DNA of 64,000 bases, taken from NCBI GenBank assembly GCA_900538765.1, contig UQAB01000001.1, positions 75,679-139,678 on the forward strand, written 5' to 3'. Under the pieces are notes generated by a model. It saw only the letters and a list, made by a program, of their open reading frames with translations, did no database searches and was not told where the DNA came from. Within the stretch, counting starts at the first letter, position 1, and each line of letters opens with the position of its first letter. The translations under genes and the position numbers were made by a program. Of the stretch, positions 48,166 through 57,816 are shown piece after piece. Source of the DNA: an uncultured Azospirillum sp. (GTDB lineage: Bacteria; Pseudomonadota; Alphaproteobacteria; RF32; CAG-239).

Positions 48166-51006
48166 ATGAAAATCACTAGGTGTTTCAAACTTTTAGCCTG
48201 TTCTGCCATGGCTCTGTCCATATGCAGCATAGCATTCTCCGAAACAATGGCCTCACAATACAGCAATAGTTTCCAACAAGATACGGAATCCGGAAGCCGC
48301 AGTGTTCGCGTCGAATATACGGGACTAAGCCGTTCCATGGGCTTCTTTGACGAAGCACAGCCCCAACCGGAAGAAATCCAGGGAAGCGCCAATGTCAACA
48401 CCAGACTCAAACAACGTCTTCCCCAACCCAAAGTAAACGTCAAAAGTACTTACAGCGGCGAAACTTACCGTGACGGCAGTATCTTTGGCGGCACCTGCTG
48501 CACCGCCTCTAACAAACAGGATAACAGCATTTTCCCCGGACATGGCTGCTCTAAAGACGAAATGCGCGGCTGTGTTACAGTCAAACCGGCGCCAAAAAAA
48601 GTTCCCTGCAAGCCTAAAAAACGCAAAATCATTGCCAAAGAAGCTGTTCCGATGCGCGAAAACTTCGTTAATAACTACGTCACCGTCGGCCGCCGCGACG
48701 TTTATCGCAGCATCCACAATCAATGCCAGAAATTTGCCCCCATTCAGCTGGAATGGGTTGATTTCAGACTGAATGAAGAAGACATCAACGGCACAATGTC
48801 ACAAAAACTCGGCAACTACCGTTTCCGCATTTTCGGCTGCCGCCGTTTTAGCAAAGAAGCTTTCCTTGATCAGAGTCGTCTGATGCAGCAAAACATGCGC
48901 TTCATGTCCATTTTCGAAAATGAACTCAAAGACTGCTTCAAAATCGTAAAAATTCCTAACGATGTCTGTACGGAAGTAACGCCCAGCCCGCTGCCCGAAT
49001 ATTTGGTAACCGCGGAAATCACCAATTATTTTATGAACATCTGCGATAAATACGACTGGGACAACAGCGTTAAGGAAGACAAACGCACCGGCTCGTCTGA
49101 AATTACGATTAAATGGACAATCACCGACATCAATAAAACCAAAGCTTACTGGAGCGGTGAAACAAACGGTTACGGCGAATTAATGCGCGGCGAGGAAAAC
49201 GGCGAAATAATCCTGGTGGAAAGAGCCTATGCCGACGCTGTCAATAATTTGCGCAACAATCCCGGCTTCCAAAAACAACTTTCCCGCCGCTTCAGTCCGG
49301 CTGAAAGAGAAAACCAGCGCATTGAACTGATTGAGCGCGAAAGAGAGCTTAACCCGGCAAAATGCCAATACACCAAACATGAAACAGAAATCAACGAAAC
49401 AACAAAATACGTTTACACGCCTGACAAACCGGCTGAAAAAGTTGATGTTCCGGAACCCGTATCACCGCTGGTTAAAAATAAAGAAGTACTGCCGGTTCCA
49501 ACAGTCGTTGCCAAACTCTCCGACGGTTCGGTTGTCGAAAAACAGTCTGACGGCGTTGTTATCCGCAAAAACAAAGACGGCAGCAGCATAAAAGTGGCTC
49601 CGGCTCCCAAACCGGCTCCGGAAATCAAAACGACCGTTACGACAACGGTAGAAAAGGAAATTCCGATACCGACACCCCCGGTTCCGCTGCCAGAACCTGC
49701 ACCATTACCGGCAGCACCGTTACCTACCCCGGCACCGGCCGTAACCACCACCACAACAACCGTTGTTACAACGGTAACAGAAGAGCCAGCACAGGTTTTT
49801 GACGCCGCAACATTACTTGAAAAAGAGCGCCCGTCAGAACCTCTGGACATCAGCCTTATTCCGACAAATCAGGAAGAACGTTACGGTCAAAATTCTGAAT
49901 TTGAAGATGCGGAAATCAAGGTTGACCTGAAAACCACAACGTTGGATAAGCCTTCCGGCGTCATCCCTCTGCCTGTACCGCCGCTGCCGGTTCCGGAAAA
50001 GCCCTGCAACAACATGACATTGTTTGGCCCGGATTGCGACTGCAATAATAAACTGTACCGCGGTTGTGAGGACAACAAGCTGTATAAAGGCTGTGAGGAC
50101 AACAAACTTTACGGCGGCTGTGAAGCTCAAACGCTGTTTGGCGATTGCACCAAAGATCCCCAGGGCTGCAAAGTCACAAACAACATCGATTTGGATATTG
50201 ATGAAAAAGGCGGTGTTGAAGCGACCGGTACAGTCAGCAAAGAAACCTGGATCAGCGTTCCGATTAATGATCAGGGAGCTATTGACGCTCAGAATAACCT
50301 CTGCATCATTGAGCGCCCGGCTTACGATACGCCGCTGACGCCGGAAGATGTCTATAAGATACGCGCGTCAATCATCTCAATTACCAACAACCAGGGAAAG
50401 AAAGGCGCCGGTCTTATCGTTTCCGACCAGTTTGTTTTGACCTCGGCCGACCTGATAACCAAAGAAAACAATTCTTATGAATTGCAGACAATCAACGGCG
50501 TCAAATTCAAAGGCCATGCGGTTCGCCTTAACCCGAACAAGAATGTTGCCCTGATATTCATGGAAAAGAAGACGACATACACACCGCTCTCTCTGAACCT
50601 TGAACTGCCGCCGATTAATAAGGACAAATTCCTGACGCTGGGTATCCTTGATTTCAGTACCGGCGAAGGTTACCTTGAAGATTCCGGAAAAGTCAGCGGT
50701 TACCGTTATTCTGAAAACCGCGGCACAGAAATCATCATTGATACTTTCGTTCAGGATGTCACGTTGGGCGGCGCTTTGATTGATAAGCAGGGAACAATTA
50801 CCGGCTTGGCTCATACCGGTGCCAAACCGAGTGAAAATACAGACTTGTTCCTACCGATTGCCACGGCAATGAAGAGTGTCGGTCTTGAAATCTGCGGCAA
50901 ACAGATAAAAGACATTCCGGTCAAGAATACTGAAATCAGCGACGCTATTCTCTTCAACAGCGGGTCAAAAGAACCTCTGCCGATGAACAAGAGCGAACGC
51001 AAATAA
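48166..51006 (+). CDS. large secreted protein with Pro/Thr-rich linker, Cys repeats and C-terminal degenerate trypsin-like domain
   Basis: Signal peptide MKITRCFKLLACSAMALSICSIAFS. PT-rich region ...PIPTPPVPLPEPAPLPAAPLPTPAPAVTTTTTT... Triple (R/K/G)GCEDNKLY repeat. C-terminal GAGLIVSDQFVLTSADLI ... GTEIIIDTFVQDVTLGGALIDKQGTITGL resembles the S1/HtrA fold with His and Ser positions substituted. Confidence 0.55.
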   Translation: MKITRCFKLLACSAMALSICSIAFSETMASQYSNSFQQDTESGSRSVRVEYTGLSRSMGFFDEAQPQPEEIQGSANVNTRLKQRLPQPKVNVKSTYSGETYRDGSIFGGTCCTASNKQDNSIFPGHGCSKDEMRGCVTVKPAPKKVPCKPKKRKIIAKEAVPMRENFVNNYVTVGRRDVYRSIHNQCQKFAPIQLEWVDFRLNEEDINGTMSQKLGNYRFRIFGCRRFSKEAFLDQSRLMQQNMRFMSIFENELKDCFKIVKIPNDVCTEVTPSPLPEYLVTAEITNYFMNICDKYDWDNSVKEDKRTGSSEITIKWTITDINKTKAYWSGETNGYGELMRGEENGEIILVERAYADAVNNLRNNPGFQKQLSRRFSPAERENQRIELIERERELNPAKCQYTKHETEINETTKYVYTPDKPAEKVDVPEPVSPLVKNKEVLPVPTVVAKLSDGSVVEKQSDGVVIRKNKDGSSIKVAPAPKPAPEIKTTVTTTVEKEIPIPTPPVPLPEPAPLPAAPLPTPAPAVTTTTTTVVTTVTEEPAQVFDAATLLEKERPSEPLDISLIPTNQEERYGQNSEFEDAEIKVDLKTTTLDKPSGVIPLPVPPLPVPEKPCNNMTLFGPDCDCNNKLYRGCEDNKLYKGCEDNKLYGGCEAQTLFGDCTKDPQGCKVTNNIDLDIDEKGGVEATGTVSKETWISVPINDQGAIDAQNNLCIIERPAYDTPLTPEDVYKIRASIISITNNQGKKGAGLIVSDQFVLTSADLITKENNSYELQTINGVKFKGHAVRLNPNKNVALIFMEKKTTYTPLSLNLELPPINKDKFLTLGILDFSTGEGYLEDSGKVSGYRYSENRGTEIIIDTFVQDVTLGGALIDKQGTITGLAHTGAKPSENTDLFLPIATAMKSVGLEICGKQIKDIPVKNTEISDAILFNSGSKEPLPMNKSERK

Positions 51007-51008
51007 CC

Positions 51009-51036
51009 CAAAAAAGCGCCCGTTTGGGCGCTTTTT
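51009..51036. terminator. bidirectional terminator
   Basis: AAAAAAGCGCCCgtttGGGCGCTTTTTT. Confidence 0.55.
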
Positions 51037-51050
51037 TGATAAACAAAATA

Positions 51051-51080
51051 AAAGCTCCAAAATAAAACTTGGAGCTTTTA
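51051..51080 (-). terminator. terminator of the 51085..51696 gene
   Basis: AAAAGCTCCAAaataaaacTTGGAGCTTTT. Confidence 0.5.
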
Positions 51081-51084
51081 TAAT

Positions 51085-51696
51085 TTAAGATAATTCAGAC
51101 AAATCCAGCACCGGATGAACAACGTAGTTGCCGTACTTATTGCGGTAGTCCACGCCGCCCCAATCAGCGCCAATAAGCGTACAGAAGACCCACGCGTGGT
51201 AGCCGTCATACTCGGACGACGACCAATACCATTTCCCCTGCACCACTATTGTATCACCGCCAAGGCTAATCAACAAATTATCAAGCGCTTTTTTCTGTTC
51301 CTCACAGCTACTCATCACTTTTTTCCAGAATCCAATTTTTCCGGCGCTGCAAGCATGACCTTCTATTTTAATTTCACGACAATACTTCACAACTTCTCTC
51401 CACGGCACCGTCCTTGAAGAATCATGTAAGGTGATAAGATGATTCTCAAAAATAACGCCCAATGGCTTTTTGCCTTCAAGCGGAACCCATGACCGAACCA
51501 TACCCTCATACATAACTTCAAAAGGAAATCTTTCCTCGTTCTCTTTTGAAGAAACACCAACGACAGAAACGTCACTTGCTACAGCATTAATAGCCGGTAC
51601 CTCCTTTTCAGCACAATATTGCACCAAATCGTCAACTAAAAACCCTGCCGCCTCCAATGTCTCTTTAATACTTTGTAAAAATTTTTCTTTTTCCAT
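51085..51696 (-). CDS. family protein: N-terminal domain plus DUF1566/Lcl-C-terminal-like domain
   Basis: ...GKWYWSSSEYDGYHAWVFCTLIGADWGGVDYRNKYGNYVVHPV matches the hallmark YWSST...AW.v.f..G......yvRcV ending of DUF1566/FISUMP-type domains. No signal peptide. Confidence 0.5.
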   Translation of the reverse strand: MEKEKFLQSIKETLEAAGFLVDDLVQYCAEKEVPAINAVASDVSVVGVSSKENEERFPFEVMYEGMVRSWVPLEGKKPLGVIFENHLITLHDSSRTVPWREVVKYCREIKIEGHACSAGKIGFWKKVMSSCEEQKKALDNLLISLGGDTIVVQGKWYWSSSEYDGYHAWVFCTLIGADWGGVDYRNKYGNYVVHPVLDLSELS

Positions 51697-51775
51697 AATT
51701 ATATATTTTAATTAATAATAAATTTCATATTCCTACTCTATCACGCATTAGACAAAAGTCAACAAAAAAACATCT
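51697..51775 (-). promoter_or_regulatory. family-type promoter plus AU-rich leader (reference copy)
   Basis: Reverse complement reads TTTTTTTGTTGACTTTTGTCTAATGCGTGATAGAGTAGGAATATGAAATTTATTATTAATTAAAATATATAATTATG. Confidence 0.5.
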
Positions 51776-51819
51776 AAACCATTCATCTGCTTATACCGCT
51801 GCTAATCCGCCTTAATCCT

Positions 51820-52255
51820 AGCCGTAGTAAAAAGTTCAGAGTTTGCGGCAGATAATAAGAATCTCGGAAAAAGACGAAGGGAGTGTACATAGAAGTACAT
51901 GACCGAGTATTTTTTCAATGTTCTGTATTAGATGCCCAAAATACGCAGCAACAAACCCAAACCCCGACCTTAGCCGCTGTAAAAAGGTCGGAGTTTGCGG
52001 CAGATAATAAGAATCTCGGAAAAAGACGAAGGAAGTGTACACAGAAGTACATGACCGAGTATTTTTCCGAGATTCTGTATTAGGTACCCAAAATACGCAG
52101 CAACAAACCCAAGCCCCGACCTTAGCCGCTGTAAAAAGGTCGGAGTTTGCGGCAGATAATAAGAATCTCGGAAAAAGACGAAGGGAGTGTACACAGAAGT
52201 ACATGACCGAGTATTTTTCCGAGATTCTGTATTAGGTGCCCAAAATACGAGCTTT
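51820..52255. repeat. three tandem ~152-bp family-A-variant repeat units between infB stop and the 51085 gene promoter
   Basis: Each unit is ...CCGACCTTAGCCGCTGTAAAAAGGTCGGAGTTTGCGGCAGATAATAAGAATCTCGGAAAAAgacgaaGGGAGTGTACACAGAAGTACATGACCGAGTATTTTTCCGAGATTCTGTATTAGGT(A/G)CCCAAAATACG... ORFs 51836..52204, 51883..52083, 51970..52287, 52035..52235 and 52187..52393 are repeat artefacts. Confidence 0.7.
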
Positions 52256-54757
52256 TTACAATGTTGCGGCGATTTCCTCCACCTCATAACACTCTATAAA
52301 GTCACCGACTTGAATATCGTTATAGTTTTCAAAACTCATACCGCATTCATAGCCGGATTTGACCTCTTTAACATCTTCCTTAAAGCGTTTTAGCTGAGCC
52401 AAAGCGCCATCATGAATAACAACATTGTCACGCAGCAGACGAACCTTGGCACCACGCTTGACAAAGCCTTCCGTCACCATGCAGCCGCCGACTTTACCGA
52501 CACCGGTAATATTGAAGACATTGCGGATTTCGGCATAACCGATAATCTTTTCTCTCAATTCAGGCGACAACATACCTTCCAAAGCCTTCTTAATGTCATC
52601 GGCCACATCATAAATAATCGAGTAATAACGAATATCCACGCCGTCCTGACGCGCCATGTCACGGGCATGCGGAATAGCACGGACGTTAAAGCCGATGATA
52701 AAGGCATTGGAAGCCTTAGCCAGAGTAACATCGGAATCCGAAATAGGACCAACGGCAGAATGCAAAATCTGAACGCTGACTTCCTCGTTGGACAACTTCT
52801 TAATTGTACCTTCAATAGCCTCAATAGAACCTTGAACATCAGCCTTGATAATAACCGGCAAATGCTTAACTTCGCCTGACTTAATCTTATCAAGCATCTG
52901 TTCCATTGCAGACTTGGCACTCTTAACCAGTTTAGCGTCACGTTCTTTGCGAATACGATAACCGGTAACTTCCTTAGCCTGGTTTTCGTCCTTAACAATG
53001 ACAAAATCGTCACCGGCTGCCGGCGTTCCTTGCAAACCGAGAATTTCAACTGGGGTCGCCGGACCGGCTTCCGTCATCTTCTTGCCATGTTCGTTAAACA
53101 TAGCGCGGACATGTCCCCACTCCTTACCGGCAATACAAATATCACCAACGCGCAGCGTACCGTTCTGAACCAGAACCGTTGCAACAGAACCGCGGCCTTT
53201 TTCCATCTTGGCTTCAACAACCGTACCCGAAGCCATGCGATTCGGGTTGGCTTTCAAATCCAGAATTTCCGCCTGCAACAGAATAGCTTCAACCAGCTTA
53301 TCAATGTTAATACGCTTCTTAGCCGAAACTTCTGCGCTCAAATATTCACCGCCCATATCTTCAACGGCAATGCCATGTTGCAATAAAGCGGTCTTCACCT
53401 TCATCGGATCAGCGCCCGGAAGGTCAATCTTGTTAATCGCAACCACAATCGGCACTTCTGCAGCCTGAGCATGGCGGATTGCCTCAACCGTCTGCGGCAT
53501 AATGCCGTCATTGGCAGCAACCACCAGAACCACAATATCGGTAACCTTTGCACCGCGAGCACGCATTTCTGAAAAGGCCTCGTGTCCCGGCGTATCAATA
53601 AAGGCAATCTTTTTGCCTCCGGCAACTTCAATCTGATAAGCACCGATATGTTGCGTAATACCACCAGCCTCGCGAGAAGCAACGTTTGTTTCGCGCAAAG
53701 CATCCAATAACGAAGTCTTACCATGGTCAACGTGTCCCATAACCGTAACCACCGGCGCTCTCGGCAGCAAATCGGCGTCCGTATCTTCCGGACCGGTCAA
53801 CCCCTGCTCAACATCGCTGTCGGCAACTCGTTTAAACTTATGTCCGAATTCCTCAACCACAATCTGCGCCGTATCGGCATCAATCGGTTGGTTAATCGTA
53901 GCCATAACCCCTAAAGCCATCAGCTTTTTAATAACTTCGGCACCTTTTTCTGCCATACGGTTAGCCAATTCCTGAACCGTAATAATTTCAGGAATAACGA
54001 CCTCTTTAACAATTTTTTCTGTCGGCTGCTGAAAAGCCTGCTGCTTCGGCTGTTTTTTCTTAAACCGACGCCGGCCGCCGCCAAAACCATAATCATCGTC
54101 ATCTTCATCAACACTGCTCAATGTATGCAGGTTGACTTTTCCGCCGCGCCGCGGTGTTTCAAAACTGCGCTTCATAACTTTTTTGCGCTCTTGTTCAAAA
54201 ACATCATCTTTGCTCAAAGATCTTTCGGCAACTTTTTTAAACTTATGATTATGGGAATCTTCTTCCTCGTCTTCGTCCTCTTCATCGAAATCGCGGGACT
54301 TCTTTTCCTTAATCTTCTGAATACGATCATCCTCAGCCGGTGAAACCGCTGCCGTTACCACAGGACGAACAGCTGCTTTTTTCTCCTCCGCCGCCTTTTT
54401 AGCTTCTTCGGCTTCCCGTTGAGCCTTTTCCTGCTCTTCCTGTTCACGTCTCAGCTGGCGCTGGCGTTCCTTCTCTTCTTCCTCCTGCCGGCGTTTGGCA
54501 TCATGCTCTTTAGCCTCGGCAATAAGCCGCAGCTTTGCAGCTGTCGCTTCGTCAATTTTAACTTTAGGCTCTTCCGTTTCGCTGCGATTGGCGATAACCC
54601 TCTTCTTTCGCACTTCAACCTGAACAATCTTCTTGCCGTCATTATTGTGCGCCCGGGAACCGTCGCTTACATTTTTGAGTGTAAGGGTAGATTTACCTGA
54701 TAATGTTAATTTGCTTTTTGCATTATCTTCTGTCATTAATTTTTTTCTCCGTATCAT
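52256..54757 (-). CDS. infB: translation initiation factor IF-2
   Basis: GTPase domain [19 protein letters not shown]...DTPGHEAF...NKID and the IF-2 C-terminal domains. An alternative start is the ATG at 54736. Confidence 0.95.
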   Translation of the reverse strand: MIRRKKLMTEDNAKSKLTLSGKSTLTLKNVSDGSRAHNNDGKKIVQVEVRKKRVIANRSETEEPKVKIDEATAAKLRLIAEAKEHDAKRRQEEEEKERQRQLRREQEEQEKAQREAEEAKKAAEEKKAAVRPVVTAAVSPAEDDRIQKIKEKKSRDFDEEDEDEEEDSHNHKFKKVAERSLSKDDVFEQERKKVMKRSFETPRRGGKVNLHTLSSVDEDDDDYGFGGGRRRFKKKQPKQQAFQQPTEKIVKEVVIPEIITVQELANRMAEKGAEVIKKLMALGVMATINQPIDADTAQIVVEEFGHKFKRVADSDVEQGLTGPEDTDADLLPRAPVVTVMGHVDHGKTSLLDALRETNVASREAGGITQHIGAYQIEVAGGKKIAFIDTPGHEAFSEMRARGAKVTDIVVLVVAANDGIMPQTVEAIRHAQAAEVPIVVAINKIDLPGADPMKVKTALLQHGIAVEDMGGEYLSAEVSAKKRINIDKLVEAILLQAEILDLKANPNRMASGTVVEAKMEKGRGSVATVLVQNGTLRVGDICIAGKEWGHVRAMFNEHGKKMTEAGPATPVEILGLQGTPAAGDDFVIVKDENQAKEVTGYRIRKERDAKLVKSAKSAMEQMLDKIKSGEVKHLPVIIKADVQGSIEAIEGTIKKLSNEEVSVQILHSAVGPISDSDVTLAKASNAFIIGFNVRAIPHARDMARQDGVDIRYYSIIYDVADDIKKALEGMLSPELREKIIGYAEIRNVFNITGVGKVGGCMVTEGFVKRGAKVRLLRDNVVIHDGALAQLKRFKEDVKEVKSGYECGMSFENYNDIQVGDFIECYEVEEIAATL

Positions 54758-54765
54758 CTAACCGG

Positions 54766-55338
54766 TTATGCGTGCAAAAAACACTCATAACGTTTTAATT
54801 CTTTATATACTGTTTTTGACATTTCGCTCTTCAAAAAAGCGGCATGCACCGTATTAACTTTATCTAATGCCTTATCCAACTCCTCAGTAGTATACAATCC
54901 GAAAACATCCAGTCCTTTAGCCATACTCAACACTTTTTCATGCCCGTCGGCTCCGGCATCGCTGGCCTCAAGAATAAAAGCGACCTTTCCACGCTCCAAA
55001 GCTTCCTTAACCTTGTCAAAACCGGTAACCAGTTCCCCGGCCTTCCGCGCCAGATTAATCGCTTCCAAACCTTTTTTCTTCAAAAGGGCTTCCGTCATCT
55101 CAACCAATGACAAATCCGCTCTTGCCCGACCCTTAGTCGCCTTGGCAAACTGGTTTTTCTGAATGGTCGTTTCCAGCTTCTGCTTAGAATTTGAAACATA
55201 AATCCCGCGTCCCGGAAGTTTTTTCTTAAAATCCGGAATAACCCGCCCGCCGGAAATAAGCGTAAAACGCAAAAGCTCGTCTTTGCTTTTCACTTCTCCG
55301 GTCAGAATACATTTTCTGTCTTCAGTTTCCTGTTTCAT
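54766..55338 (-). CDS. YlxR (DUF448)-L7Ae fusion RNA-binding protein of the nusA-infB operon
   Basis: RKCILTGEVKSKDELLRF...LPGRGIYV is YlxR. LLKKKGLEAINLARKAGELVTGFDKVKEALERGKVAFILEASDA is L7Ae-like. The position between nusA and infB is typical of alphaproteobacteria. Confidence 0.7.
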   Translation of the reverse strand: MKQETEDRKCILTGEVKSKDELLRFTLISGGRVIPDFKKKLPGRGIYVSNSKQKLETTIQKNQFAKATKGRARADLSLVEMTEALLKKKGLEAINLARKAGELVTGFDKVKEALERGKVAFILEASDAGADGHEKVLSMAKGLDVFGLYTTEELDKALDKVNTVHAAFLKSEMSKTVYKELKRYECFLHA

Positions 55339-55480
55339 CTTCCTGTATCGATCAATAATAAAGAAACAATAACGGATAATTTTAGGCTAAAACAGAGAAG
55401 AGGAACGGAGCACCACACAGTGTATTAAAGAAACACATAAAAATGTGAACGCCGTACCGCTCCTCTGACAGCGCATAAAA

Positions 55481-57004
55481 CTATTCGCCCTCTTCTGTGA
55501 ACCAGTGCTCACGCGCTGCCATAATAACTCTGTTAGCTTCGGCCTGAGAAATAACACTCTCACCAAGCATTTCAATCAGCTCATCGGCAGCCAAATCAGC
55601 CAAATCATCAATGGTTTTAACGCCTTTTTCAGCCAAAACCAAAATCATATCCTGGTCCAGACCGCTGATTTCTTTCAGTTTGTCATCAATACCCAAAGAT
55701 TTACTCTTGTCGGCAAACTCCTTGTCACGCTTCGCAACAAACTCCTGAGCACGGCTCTGCAGTTCTTTAGCTACATCTTCGTCAAAACCCTCAATTTCAG
55801 ACAGCTCGGAAAGCGCAACCAAAGCAACCTCATCAACCGTTGAAAAACCTTCGGCAATCAGCAAATGAGCAATCATTTCATCAACGTCCAAAGCTTCCAT
55901 AAAGCGCTGAGAGCGGACTTTATTTTCATTGGAACGTCTTTCCTGTTCCTGCTCTTCGGTCAAGACATCTATATCGCAGCCAAGCAGCTGGGAAGCCAGT
56001 TTAACATTCTGACCGCGGCGGCCGATAGCGATTGAAAACTGCTCCTGAGGAACAACCACTTCAATACGGCCGTTTTCTTCATCCAAAACCACCTTGGAAA
56101 CCTCAGCCGGCGCCAAAGCGCTGACAATATACTGGGCTTTGTCTTCGGAATAAGGAACAATATCAATTTTTTCACCCTGCAATTCATTGACAACCGCCTG
56201 AACGCGAATACCGCGCAAACCAACGCAGGCACCGACAGCGTCAACCGTAACATCCTCGGCTTTAACGGCAATTTTAGCCTTTGACCCCGGATCGCGGGCA
56301 ACACCCATAATCTTGACAATACCATCATAAATTTCAGGAACTTCCTGAGTAAACAGCTTGGCCATAAATTCCGGACAAGTTCTGGAAAGGAAAATCTGCG
56401 GTCCTTTGTTTTCGCGGCGAACATCCAGAACATAAGCACGGATACGGTCGCCGTTTTTAAATTTCTCACGGGCAATCGTTTCGTCACGGCGTAAAATCGC
56501 TTCCGTCTTGCCGATATCCAAAACAACATTGCCGAACTCGGCTCTCTTAACCGTACCGTTGATAATCGTGCCGATTTTTTCGCGATATTCTTCATATTGC
56601 TTATTGCGTTCAGCTTCACGTACTTTCTGAACGATAACCTGCTTGGCAGTCTGTGCGGCAATACGTCCGAAATCAATCGGCGGCAGCGCGTCAATCAAAA
56701 ACTCGCCGACTTTAGCATCCGCTTTGATTTTTTTAGCTTTACTCAACGGCAGCTGAGCCGCCTCATTCTCAATAACGGCATCTTCCTCAACAACTTCGCG
56801 ATAACGGGACAAAGCGATAGCGCCTGTCTTGCGGTCAATATTGGCTCTGATGTCATGTTCAACACCGTATTTGGAACGGGCGCCTTTCTGAATAGCAACT
56901 TCCATCGCCACAAAAACATCCTCGCGGTCAATATTTTTCTCTCTGGCCACCGTGTCGGCAACCAAAAGAATTTCCGGTCTCGGCATACTTTCAATATTTT
57001 CCAT
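55481..57004 (-). CDS. nusA: transcription termination/antitermination factor NusA
   Basis: NusA N-domain, S1, two KH domains and a C-terminal acidic repeat. 507 aa. Confidence 0.95.
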   Translation of the reverse strand: MENIESMPRPEILLVADTVAREKNIDREDVFVAMEVAIQKGARSKYGVEHDIRANIDRKTGAIALSRYREVVEEDAVIENEAAQLPLSKAKKIKADAKVGEFLIDALPPIDFGRIAAQTAKQVIVQKVREAERNKQYEEYREKIGTIINGTVKRAEFGNVVLDIGKTEAILRRDETIAREKFKNGDRIRAYVLDVRRENKGPQIFLSRTCPEFMAKLFTQEVPEIYDGIVKIMGVARDPGSKAKIAVKAEDVTVDAVGACVGLRGIRVQAVVNELQGEKIDIVPYSEDKAQYIVSALAPAEVSKVVLDEENGRIEVVVPQEQFSIAIGRRGQNVKLASQLLGCDIDVLTEEQEQERRSNENKVRSQRFMEALDVDEMIAHLLIAEGFSTVDEVALVALSELSEIEGFDEDVAKELQSRAQEFVAKRDKEFADKSKSLGIDDKLKEISGLDQDMILVLAEKGVKTIDDLADLAADELIEMLGESVISQAEANRVIMAAREHWFTEEGE

Positions 57005-57043
57005 TTTATCCTCTTATCTTAAATTGTATCTTTTTATTAAAAA

Positions 57044-57547
57044 TTATAATTCAACTTCTGCCTGAGCTTCCTCATATTCTTTCAAAAGCTCATCAGTAAT
57101 GACTATCTTTGCCTTGGCGACATCTTCAAAAGGAATTTTATATTCCGTATCTTCCATCGTCAGGCAAATATTGTTCTCAGTGTCAACGCCGTTAACAACA
57201 CCCTTGAAACGTTTTCTGTTTTCAACCGCTACTGCCGTTTCAACTTTCACCTCATAACCGGCAAAACGCTTAAAATGCTCTATCTTTGTCAAAGGGCGGT
57301 CGATTCCCGGAGAGCTGACTTCCAGAGAATACTGATTCTCTATCGGGTCTTTTTCATCCAAAACGTCAGACAAAGCGCGGCTAACCTTGGCACAGTCATC
57401 AACCGTGATTTCCGTCCCGTCTTTCCGGTCAATCATAACCTGTAAAGTCGGATTTTTCATGCCAATAGTCAAAACCCTAATCAGCTCATATCCCAATCCT
57501 TCGACCACAGGTTCCAACATATCCTGCAAAGGGTGTTTATTAATCAT
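57044..57547 (-). CDS. rimP: ribosome maturation factor RimP
   Basis: LEPVVEGLGYELIRVL...LEVSSPGIDRPL. Confidence 0.85.
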   Translation of the reverse strand: MINKHPLQDMLEPVVEGLGYELIRVLTIGMKNPTLQVMIDRKDGTEITVDDCAKVSRALSDVLDEKDPIENQYSLEVSSPGIDRPLTKIEHFKRFAGYEVKVETAVAVENRKRFKGVVNGVDTENNICLTMEDTEYKIPFEDVAKAKIVITDELLKEYEEAQAEVEL

Positions 57548-57816
57548 TGACGATTCCTTCTAACAAAAAAGCGGGGCTTTTGACCCCACTTTCAATAATA
57601 TTATCAATTTATGAAACTCTTATACCACAAAAATTTTAAAAATCAAGCAGGAAAATCGCTGCCGGGCTTTTCATCCGCTGTATAATTTAAAATTTGCAAC
57701 AGATAATTTAAAAACATGATACCCAGAACAAAATATACAAAATTACCTTATTCTTTAACCTTTAATATATTAGTTCCCGACTAAGTCAACTCCAATTTAT
57801 AACATAAGAAAATTCT

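Noticed and set aside
51836-52393. ORFs 51836..52204, 51883..52083, 51970..52287, 52035..52235 and 52187..52393 on both strands
   Set aside because: All are read-throughs of the triple tandem repeat downstream of infB. Mutually overlapping frames with repeated peptide segments.
55387-55575. 62-aa ORF between ylxR and nusA
   Set aside because: Overlaps the nusA 3' end and spacer. No SD. Likely spurious.
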